Below, piece after piece: positions 54,174-64,000 of a stretch of DNA of 64,000 nt. This stretch comes from Malacoraja senta (Eukaryota): contig CM075992.1 in NCBI GenBank assembly GCA_038087875.1, positions 11,596,001 to 11,660,000 on the forward strand. Reading direction: 5' to 3'. Position numbers and translations under genes: made by a program. The notes below the pieces were generated by a model. It was not told the origin of the DNA. It searched no databases and was given only the letters and a program-made list of their open reading frames with translations. Numbering within the stretch: position 1 is the stretch's first letter; each line of letters starts with the position of its first letter.

Positions 54174-54244
54174 AAACCTTCATCTGCCATGCATCTGCCC
54201 ACTCCCCCAACCTGTCCAAGTCACCCTGCATTCTCATAGCATTT

Positions 54245-54992
54245 AGAGATTTAGAGATTCCTTTATTTGTCATTCAGACCTTTCGGTCTGAACGAAATTT
54301 CGTTGCCTGCAGTCATACATATAATAATAAATAACAAAACACACAATAAACACAAATTAACATCCACCACAGTGAGTTCACCAGGCACCTCCTCACTGTG
54401 ATGGAGGCAAAAAGTCTTAAAGTCTCTGTCTCTTCCCGCTTTGTTCTTCCTCTGCGCTGAGGCATTCCAGGCTTCTGATGTTGTGGCCCCGCCGGGTGAT
54501 GGTAAGTCAATCCCGCGGTTGAATCCGTGCTCCGCGACGGGCCGGTTCAAACTCCGCGGCCCGGGGTGGCCGAAGCTGCCGAAGCTGCCGCCCTCCAGTC
54601 CAGTGGACGCAGCTGTAGTTGCGGGAGCTCCAGAAAAACAGGTCACCCACCTGTGACCTGCGAGCTCCCAACGCTGTCATCCACCGGGCCTGCGGCCGAG
54701 CCTCCAGATTCAGGTCGCCACCAGTGTCCTCGGTCGCCACCGCCGGAACGCCACGGCAGCCCCGAAGCAGGCCAGCAGAGAAGCAGACGGAGGCAGAGAA
54801 GGGGGATACGACAAGAAAAAGTCGCATTCCCCCGAAGGAAGAGACAAAAATCATGTTTCACCCCCCCCACCCCACACATACACAACCCAATAAACTAAAA
54901 TTTAACTAAAACAGGACAAAAGAAAACAACAACAAAAGTAAAAACAGACGGACTGCAGGCGAACCGCTGCTGTTCGACAACGCCGCCACTTC
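54245..54992 (-). mobile_element. Full-length hairpin-family short retroposon
   Basis: Head ggaagtggcggcg...cagcagcggttcgcctgcagtccgtctg, hairpin ~54365-54402, aatgacaaataaa tail. Confidence 0.65.
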
Positions 54993-55262
54993 CGTTGATA
55001 TTATATCGTATCGGACCACCACTTTTTGTAATTGTCTTTGTTCCTGGGTGTTTGAGTTGCAGAACCAGGCGGTGATGCTATCAGTCAACATTGACGTGTT
55101 ACCCATGAGAAAGATCATTGGTTCCAGCAGTACACCAGTTTCCTCCTTCACTGTCAAACCTAAACCGTTTCAATGGCTGCTGGTACCAACTGTATACCTT
55201 AAACCAATGGCTAAAGCAGAACTTTATTCAACACCACTAGAAAAACAAGATTGTTACATTAC

Positions 55263-55440
55263 CCAAGTTATTGGAAGAGAAGTTTGCCTTTTGTTGGTGA
55301 TGTAAATTCCGGGCAGCTGCAATTGTATAATTTTCCATGACTTCCAGGAAATTGGAAACCAACTTGAAGAATTCTGTTGAACTTGTCTTGCAAAACTTTA
55401 ACAAACTCATGGTGGAAACCTCAGCAAATGAATCAATATC
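55263..55440 (-). CDS. ADGRE-like exon, GAIN subdomain A (DIDSFAEVS...NFSSNNL)
   Basis: Acceptor cccaacag and donor gtaatg on minus strand; 178 bp, phase 0 to 1, joins next exon as G+AA = Glu; open frame inside ORF 55237..55545. Confidence 0.75.
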
Positions 55441-55689
55441 CTGTTGGGATAGAGACAGTGCCTTTATCACCACTTGATCAACCTTTAAGCACCTGTGAAC
55501 ATGCACTCTATCCATCCCTCTGAACCTTTCCAGTCTGTGTACCAATCCAAATGTATTTTAAATGTTGTTATTATGCCTCGCTGAATTATTTCCTCTCGCA
55601 GCTCGTTCCATATATGTACCACCCTCTATATGAAAATGTTACCCTTCAGGTTCATCTTTTCCCTCTCGACATGTTCTCTTGTTCTTAAT

Positions 55690-56417
55690 TCAAACCGTGC
55701 TGCACACGGTGTCAGCTCTGGCAGCTGCCTGCCGTCCCTTTGGAAGTCGTCGTCGGACTCAGGGTCAGAGCGTATCTGCCCTTCTGCACTCACCTCTTGC
55801 AAAGAGGGTGCTTTCAAGCAGGCCTCTACTAGGCACTGCCGGCGGAGCCTTCCCCACGGCGTCCCGCCCACACAACTCCTCCTGGAGTGTGGCTTTGTGG
55901 AGCAGCCCCTGTATGAGCTGCTCCTTTTTGATAACCACTGGGGCACGGTATCCTGTCCCGGATGGGACTCTTCCTGGCCCGACTCTGCAGAGTCAATGGG
56001 CCTGACAGACTTGGCTTATGCCTAACGCCCGACTGGCATTGGCTGTGTACCCGGCTGGGCAATTGGGAGTGCCAAGTCTGTCGTCGCACCGCTACCGGCT
56101 TGCGACTCCCCTGAGGTGACAGGCTGCCTTTCAGAGACTGCGCTCCCGCAGCTCTCTCTCCCCTTGTCCGTAGCAGGCCTGCACCTTGATGATTTTTTCC
56201 TTGTTCCTGTATTGTGGGGAAAAACATACAGCAACAATTTTTCTACTTTTTACTAACTCCTCCAAAGTCTCCCCGACTTTGGTGGAGCTCTAAACTACTC
56301 ACCTGCAGGAGGAGCTCCTCTTCCTGCTGCCGGGCGCCAATGCGTCAGACGTAATGATGCGCATGCGCCCTGACGGGTCTTCTTCACGTAGTCACTCACG
56401 TGACTCCGAAGTAAAAT
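55690..56417 (-). mobile_element. DIRS-like element 5' terminus and start of ORF1
   Basis: Starts attttacttcggagtcacgtgagtgactacgtgaag, complementary to the ICR at 57771..57806. Confidence 0.6.
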
Positions 56418-56419
56418 TT

Positions 56420-58115
56420 TAGAGTAACATCCGTCATATGCCTGTATGGATGCAGGGTTTAAAAAAGAGGATTGTCTGGGCATGCTGTGGACATGCTTAC
56501 AGCAGTCTGGCGGAAGAGTACTCAAAAGCAGTACATTTGTGAATCTGAGTTGTGAATCTGTAAAAACTGCTTTCCCATTAGGTAAAGAATGAGGGGAAAA
56601 AATGTCTGTGTATAAAAGAATATGGAATGTTGTACGGCACATGTCTCAAATATCTTGGATTGACCTCTATTTAATGGGTTGAGGTATAGTGCGATTTATT
56701 CACACAGAAGTATATTATTCCTCGGTTTTATTTCATGAGGTTGGAAAGACATCCTGTTGAGTCTCGTTCTTTTATTTCCAGATTAATGAAAGGAATTTTA
56801 ATTCCAGACCTTCTAAACCTAGAAGGGAATCTGGAATATAGAATTGTTTTAAGCTACTTCAGCAAAGGAGTCTTGGTACGATTCTGATTTGGCCAAGTTC
56901 AGCATGAAGGTACTCATGTTTATGGCACTTGTAACATTACAAAGTTACAGATTCACAGAAGTACCTCAGGATTATGTTATGTTTTACATTTTATGAACGA
57001 CTCAAATGAAGTAGGATAAGGTGTGACAGGATTCAAGATTGTTTTATTAACATATTCTATGGATCCATGACTCTCTCTTCCATATTGTGTTTTTGATTTT
57101 TGTTTTTGGATCGAATTCTCTCTTTAATTTGTGTACTCGTGATGTTTTTACTATTTATTTCATTCCGCTTAAATGTTTCTATTATTTGTTAAACTTTGTA
57201 AGGTGTCCTTGAGACTTTTGAAAGGCACCCATAAATAAAATCTATTATTATTATTATATGTTAAGACATATTTATTGCAAAAAATTGAGGCTACAAAGAT
57301 CTTATGAAATATGAAAACAAGATTGTTTATCATTCACGAAAAACCATACAAGATAGTGTCAGTTTAGACTATTTTAAGATGGTTAAAAACAAGTTTTAGT
57401 TGCTGCACGTGTAAACATTGATGGTTTTACATTCCATTCAGTTTAGCAGCAATTTTGACGACCAGGGCGAAGGAAGTCCCATCGATCATATTCTCACAGC
57501 CGCCGGGTGATCTAATAAGTTGGTGTTTCAACACTTTTACCATCGGGCTATTGCCAATACGGGGCTGTTTGCAGATACTATATTAAGTTCTGCTTAATTT
57601 TCCCTGGGTTAAAGGGGATACTATTCATTCTTTTATTCAAATAAATGAATTACTGCATTTGTGGTACAAATGTTATTATTAATGCATTATTGATTATTCT
57701 TGTTCCGAGTCAATCAATGCAGTGAGAAGCCGGGATTGATCTACGGCATGAAATCACAAAGCTTTAAAATCTTCATGTAGTCACTCACGTGACTCCGAAG
57801 TAAAATAGTAAGATTAAACGAGAACTTACCTAAGTTTGAAGTTTGATCTTTATTTTATGAGAAGTTACGTTGGTGATTACATGCCCACCACGACCCAACC
57901 CTCTTTCATAAAGGTCAGATGGAAGTTCTTGTATTACTCGTTTTATTATGATACTATATTACTTTGCTTGTTGTTTTTTGTGATTTCACACCGCTGCTTC
58001 GAAGATTGACGCGCAGGCGCACTGGCGGAGTTCTTCACGTAATCACCAACGTAACTCCTCATAAAATAAAGATCAAACTTCAAACTTAGGTAAGTTCTCG
58101 TTTAATCTTACTATT
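56420..58115 (+). mobile_element. DIRS-like element 3' part: decayed tyrosine recombinase, ICR and right terminal repeat
   Basis: RLMKGIFNSRPSKPR at ~56780; TILRWLK, FHSV, PIDHILTAAG*S...FY at 57340-57550; 80-bp inverted repeat 57804..57883 / 58036..58115. Confidence 0.75.
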
Positions 58116-58119
58116 CTTA

Positions 58120-59212
58120 ATCATTTACAAAATGATATATTGTCAAAATAGGTACAATACATCTCCAATTGTAACGTAATCAACTATCAGTAGCTCCCCG
58201 TCGCGGCTTCACCCCCATAAGCCTCCAGAAAGCTGGAAGCGTCTTGAGGATTGTTAAAAAATCGATTGTTACCATTAAAGAGTCGTATACGCAGTCTAGC
58301 TGGATAAAGCAAGGCGGGGCGCAACTGTTTCATAAACAATTCAGACATTATATTATGGAAAGACTTTCTCAATTCCAAAAGCTCATGGCTGTAATCAGGA
58401 ACAAACCGAAAATTTCATCCTTCATATTCAACCATGCCCAACCTTTTTGCTGCTTGGAGGATATTCTCCTTCATCTGCAAGAAGTGAAACCGAACGATCA
58501 AATGTCTCGGTTTATCTTGGAGACCAGATTTCTTCCCGATCCTGTGTGCGTTATCCAAAATTGGAAGATTTTCATAGTGCTCGGTGTTGAAAGTCTCCTT
58601 CATCATTTTAGAGGCATATTTTATAACATTATCCCCTTCTTGACCTTCAGGCAAACCAATAATTCGCAAATTCAGTCGACGGCTTCTGTTTTCCAGATCT
58701 ATATTTTTAATCTTGTATTGCTGGAGTGCCCGAGTATTTTCATTCATTTTTCGTTCCAGTTTTTCAATCTTCAAATCTCTTTCCTGGCCCAAGGTTCGCA
58801 AGTTATCAATTTGTTCCTTCTGTTCACGAGATTCATCTTGTAACATAATCAGCTTGTCTTGAACTTCCTTCAATTTGCTCGAAATTCCTTTCATCATTTC
58901 TTCCAAACTGCAAAATCTTGTTTCCATTTCATTTTTCAATTCATCGTTCATTTTCGATATTGCTTCTAAGATACCAGATTCAGAAGCTGCTCCTTCCCCA
59001 CGCTCCTTCCTTGGAGAAGCTCTTTTCCCTCTTGTCTCCATCCTTTACACGATTGAAACGTATAAAAGTGTTATCAACACTTTAAGAAAGGTGAGACCGT
59101 GCCTTGAAATCAAGTCATAACAAGTAACATTGAAATAGTGGTAAGCAAGAAGTTAAAAGTTAAGGGAGCAAACAAAGTTACAACCTTTACAGCATGCTGC
59201 CACTAGGAGAGT
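58120..59212 (-). mobile_element. L1-clade 5' UTR and ORF1 (frameshifted), 3'-truncated
   Basis: Coiled coil then LENRSRRLNLRIIGLPE, AHR, LLYPARL in ORFs 58415..59041 and 58187..58378. Confidence 0.88.
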
Positions 59213-60144
59213 CCTGTCTCAGTCTTGCCTTCAGGTCTTTTTGCACTGTCAGGGCAATCGAAGCTCCCTCGTCCGGGCGATCGTAGCTCCCACGTCGGGG
59301 CGGTCGAAGCTCCTGCGGCTTGGAGCTCCCGATGTCACTCTCTAACCAGGGAACGCGAGCACCACGATGTAAAAGTCTGCAGGCTCCTGCGGTTGGAGCT
59401 CCAAAGTCGATCCCCGATAGGAGTCGCGAGCTCCACGACGTTAAGTCCTGTAGGCTCTTGCGTTTGGAGCTTCCGAAGTCGGTCTCCAGCAGAGGCCACC
59501 AGCTCCTCGATGTTAGGCCTCAGTGCGGACAGAGATTTCATACGGAAAAAAATCGCATCTCCGTCAGGATAAGAGATTTTAAAAAGTTTCCCCCAACACT
59601 GCCCCCACCCCCCACATCAGCTAAGCTAAAGAACATTAAAACATAAATTTAACACATACTAAAAAAACAACAAAGAAGGCAGGGACAAGACAGACTGTTG
59701 GTGAAGGAGCCATTGCTCCCTCTCTGAACCACCGAGTGCGCCACCCGGTGGTTCAGAGATGCTGCCTGAGTTACTCCAGCTATTTGTGTCTATCTGCTGG
59801 ATTATTAATGTATTTTTTCTGAAAGCTTTAAAGAAAGACCTTCATGGTTTAAAGAAGATTGACACTAAAAGCTGGAGTCACTCTGAAGAGAAGGAATGGG
59901 TGACATTTCTTCTTTTAAAGACCATGCTCCACTCATAATTAGAAAAAGACATTGACGATCTCTGTGTACAGGGTATTGTGAGCAACTCATTGGGATTCTG
60001 GAGAGAAATAGGATTGAGAACCATTGGAAATATTAAAAGTTATTTTCCACACAAAGATATGACTAATTACTGAAGCTGTGTGACATTTTATTTCCAGTTT
60101 TTAATGCTGCTGCTGCTGACTTTCCTGCTCCTCCATTTTCAAAG

Positions 60145-60258
60145 AAATCATCATGCAAGCAATCCGGAACAGCACGATCCCAAACGATAACAGATCAAAG
60201 TTATCCAAAAGCAGCCCGAACATTGGCTGGAAGAGCATGGCAGGGAATGAGAATTTTG
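60145..60258 (+). pseudogene. Inverted duplicate of the ADGRE GAIN exon at 49004..49123
   Basis: IIMQAIRNSTIPNDNRSKLSKSSPNIGWKSMAGNENF; splice sites retained; 6 nt shorter than the minus-strand copy. Confidence 0.88.
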
Positions 60259-60352
60259 GTAAGTCTAAGCACAGCGTCAACCATATTCATGGCTTTTTAC
60301 CATCTCATTGTATGCTAAAATACTACTTTTGATGTATTTCCTTTGTTAGACA

Positions 60353-60637
60353 AAGTTTTGTCTCACCATTTATGACTGAGGTGAGAAAAACCTTTTCACC
60401 CAGAGAGTTGTGAATTTGTGGAATTCCCTGCCACAGAGGGCAGTGGAGGCCAAGTCACTGGATGGGTTTAAGAGAGAGTTGGATAGAGCTCTAGGGGCTA
60501 GTGGAATCAAGGGATATGGGGAGAAGGCAGGCACGGGTTATTGATAGGGGACGATCAGCCATGATCACAATGAATGGCGGTGCTGTCGCGAAGGGCCAAA
60601 TGGCCTCCTCCTGCACCTGTTTTCTATGTTTCTATTA
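60353..60637 (+). mobile_element. CR1 3' end, present only in arm B
   Basis: Empty site catttgcctgtctaac at 48901 in arm A. Confidence 0.85.
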
Positions 60638-61388
60638 CAGGCAAATGCCTCTTTCTTTACTCCTAATACATGGGGGAAATTTCCAGATAATGGGTAAGAG
60701 AGTGCACAATATAAATGCCTCATTATACATCAATAATATCCTGGTATTATGGGACATCTTTTGTGATGTGCAGGACAGGTTTAGATTTCAGAAACAAGCC
60801 CCTTTACCCAGGGTCTTTTTACCCAGAGGACATGGGTTTAAGGTGAGAAGGGAACGATTTCATTAGAACCTGCGGAGCATCCTTTTCACAAAGAGGAGTG
60901 GTGAGTATATGGAATGAGCTGCCATGGAAGGTACTTGAGGCAAGCAGAATAACAACATTTAACGGAGACTTAGAGAGATACCTGGATAGAAAAATTTAAG
61001 AAGGTTATGGACCAAGTGTGGGCAAATGGGACTACCTTAGATTAGTCTTCTTGGTCAGTACGGGCAAGACGGGCCAAAGGGCTTGTGTCCGTACTGTATG
61101 ACTCTATGAAATGGTTAATGTAGGAATAGATCAGATTGGAGAAAATATGGATGTTATAAGAAGGAACTGCAAATGCTGGTTTAAACCAAAGATAGACACA
61201 AAATGCAGGAGTAACTCAGCGGGACAGGCAGCATCTCTGGATAGAAGGAATGGGTGATATTTCAGGTCGAGACAATCAGGGGAGAGGGAGATACAGAGAT
61301 AAGGAAATGTAAAATGTGATAAAGAGACAAAGTTGATGGAGATCAAGGACAACGTAGAATAGATCAATGTTAGCTAGGAGAAGATAAC

Positions 61389-64000
61389 TGTAGATGGTTT
61401 ATGCATGCAACCAATCACATAGCTACCTCCCCACTACTAACCCCGCCTTAAGTATCATTTATAATAACGCCTGCTTCTCCTTCTGCGCAGAATGCTTCCT
61501 CTTGCCGAAAGCCTGCTCAGCTCGTCATCGATTCGGACATCGTGGAGCGCTGGGCTACTTTCGAACTGGACTACCGCCACTACATGACTATTGCTCATCG
61601 GAACGAGCCCGATGAGGTCAAAGCCTCGCTTCTTCTCAACCTTGCCGGCCCCGACGCCATGAGAAGAGCCAGGACCTTCAATTATGCACCAGCTGTCCTG
61701 GGTGCCAACAATCGGGTACTGGTAGCCATGGAAACTGCGGAAGACCCGCATGTACTGCTACACAAGTTCGGGGAGATTTGTGACCTGCCCTCTAATTGTA
61801 TTTTAGAAAGGGCGCGATTCTTTACTCGCAAGCAGTTGCCCGGTGAGCCTGTTGAGCGCTTCATCGCTGATTTACGCTACCTAGCCCAGAGATGCAGGTT
61901 CGAAGCTATGACAGACCAGCTAACTAGAGACATTTTGGTGACAGGGATTCTCGATCAGAAACTGAGATCAGAGCTCCTCCGTCGACCTGACCTGCCCTTA
62001 AACGAAGCCATGCATGCCTGCAGATTGGCTGAGGCCATTGACCCGCCAGACAGTCAGCGTGATTCGGACACTAAATCTATCAACCTGACTGGGTTCAATA
62101 GACCGCGACCCTGATCTGATAATGTTCAATTTGTGCCTCGGCCCGGACCCGCATCTGGCGGTGTAACCCCCAAATGCCCGAACTGTAACTACATACATCC
62201 CAGGCAGTCGCCATGCCCTGCCTTTGGTAAAGCCTGCAACTATTGCAAGAAATTAAACCATTTCTCTGCTGCCTGTCATTCTCGTGGGAATGCGCCACGA
62301 GCTTCCAGACCTAACCTAAATATGCTGATGCAAGCTGATAACATGTATAGTTCTCCGTCCTTGCTCGACGCTGCCCACGCTGACGATCCAATTATCTCGC
62401 AAGGGGAGGCGAGTGTGCATTCACTCCTTCACGCACCTGGCCGGCTACCCGATCCAACTGTCCTGATAACTGTCAACAATTCCAGCTTCCACGCTAAGCT
62501 CGATACTGGGGCAAAAGTGAATGTAATGTCAATAAGCCATTTTAAGAAGATAAGGAATAATGAGCTAATGATTGCAGACCGTTCCACCCTGCACGCCTAT
62601 GGAGGCGAGGTGCTGAGACTGCTGGGAAAAGCTACTTTCACTTGTGTGCTGAAAAAGACAACGCGTGCCTTGACTTTTTATGTTTTGAACTCTGACTGTG
62701 TGACTCTGTTGGGCAACCAGGCATGCCAGGATCTGGGCCTGGTGTTGTTTGACAGAACGGTCCACAAGGTGATGATATCGGTAGACCCGGTAAAGGAATA
62801 CCCAGACCTGTTTAATGATGAACTGGGCAAGCTGCCTATTACCTACAAAATTGCTACTGATCCAAAGGTGTTACCTGAAATTCGTGCACCACACAGAGTG
62901 TCTCACGCCATGAAGGACAAAGTCGAGTCCATGTTGAATGACATGGTCACCATGGGGGTGCTAGAGGCGGTCAGTGAGCCCACCGAGTGGGTGTCCACCA
63001 TGGTCACCATGGGGGTGCTAGAGGCGGTCAGTGAGCCCACCGAGTGGGTGTCCACCATGGTCACCATGGGGGTGCTAGAGACGGTCAGTGAGCCCACCGA
63101 GTGGGTGTCCACCATGGTTGCCACGTTAAAAAAGGACAAGAATGAAATTCGCGTGTGTATCAACCCTAAAGACTTGAACCTTTCCATCAGGCTCCCCCAC
63201 TACCCCATGAGGACAGCTGAGGATGTTGCAGCCCAGGTCGGACAGGCCACCATCTTCTCTGTCCTCGACGCAAAAAGCTCGTTTTGGCAGATACCACTGG
63301 ACAAGGGGTCCTCGGATCTGACCACGTTTTCTACACCGTTCGGCAGATTCAAGTTCCTGCGAATGCCATTCGGCATCAACTCCGCCAGCGAGGTGTTCCA
63401 GAGGACCATGGAACAGCTGTTCGCTGGCCTCCCATGCACCATCATTGTTGATGACATCCTGGTCTACAGGAAAGACGTGGTGGAGCATGACCAGAACCTA
63501 CGACGTGTCCTGGAGCGGGCACGACAGATAAACCTCAAGCTCAACCCCAAGAAGTGCAGATTCCGGGTATCCGAGGTCACTTACGTTGGCCATGTTTTCA
63601 CTCCTGCCGGACTCAAGCCCGATCCTTTGAAAGCTGCCGCTATCACGGAGATGCCGGCCCCCACCGACGTGCTCAGACTACAGCGCTTCCTGGGCATGGT
63701 GAACTATCTTGGGAAATTTATTCCCAACCTCAGCGAACTGAGCTCGTCCCTGCGACAACTGACTAGAAAAGACACCGCCTGGGCCTGGTTCCCGCAGCAC
63801 CAGCAGACTTTCGATGCTTTAAAGTCTAAGCTGGTCAGCACTCCTATTCTGACGTTTTTCGACCTGAAGCGCCCCATCACTGTCACCTGTGATGCCTCGC
63901 GATTCGGGCTCGGCGCAGCCTGCCTGCAGTCCTCTGCAGATGGCTCCCTGCTTCCTGTCTCCTATGCCTCCCGCACCATGACCGACACCGAACAACGCTA
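61389..64000 (+). mobile_element. Ty3/Gypsy LTR retrotransposon, gag-pol, runs off the window
   Basis: Gag (ORF 61542..62114), CCHC knuckle CNYCKKLNHFSAAC, protease LDTGA, RT (RMPFG, IVDDILV), RNase H start TCDAS; one TGA at 62112..62114. Confidence 0.93.
62942..63112 (+). repeat. 3 x 57-bp in-frame tandem repeat in Gypsy RT
   Basis: Unit catggtcaccatgggggtgctagaggcggtcagtgagcccaccgagtgggtgtccac at 62942, 62999, 63056. Confidence 0.95.

Larger units (their letters stand above)
9311..55440 (-). pseudogene. ADGRE-family (CD97/EMR-like) adhesion GPCR, partial (GAIN-GPS-7TM exons), probably pseudogenised
   Basis: Eight exons with canonical splice sites in correct order; GPS motif CVFW...W...GC...[13 protein letters not shown]; family-B 7TM motifs (IHTHLC, WMLLEG, GYG, QGMFIF..HC). 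In-frame TAA at 16804-16802. Exact paralog not assignable. Confidence 0.85.
59213..61388. repeat. Arm B of inverted segmental duplication (partner 47422..49984)
   Basis: Begins cctgtctcagtcttgcc (RC of the sequence ending 49984), ends ggagaagataac (RC of 47422 onward); bounded by L1 5' end and Gypsy start. Confidence 0.9.

Noticed and set aside
52147..59212. L1 3' part and L1 ORF1 part as one inverted element
   Set aside because: The 3' part has its own complete TSD, so it is a separate insertion

Overview
Eukaryotic, extremely repeat-rich window. The repeat spectrum (CR1/HER1-type LINEs with HE1/V-SINE partners, Penelope, Rex/Babar, RTE, L1, DIRS, Gypsy, Harbinger) points to a cartilaginous fish, probably a skate or ray (inference). 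The only host gene is an adhesion GPCR of the ADGRE (CD97/EMR) family on the minus strand. Eight exons (two GAIN, GPS, five 7TM) were read with GT-AG boundaries between 55440 and 9311. It looks inactivated: an in-frame TAA in TM3, loss of the conserved TM5 Gly-Pro, and an apparently missing GAIN exon that leaves a phase mismatch. A ~2.2-2.6 kb segment containing one GAIN exon is duplicated in inverted orientation ~9 kb away. Notable mobile-DNA structures: ~220-bp fold-back Penelope-pLTR insertions with hammerhead-ribozyme-like motifs and long target-site duplications; CR1 and RTE insertions with 5' inversions of twin-priming geometry; a Harbinger element apparently carrying genomic cargo; a rearranged DIRS element; a non-tRNA short element family with a conserved hairpin and Rex-like tail; and a near-intact Gypsy gag-pol. 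Most TE boundaries are approximate (tens of bp). No database searches were run.
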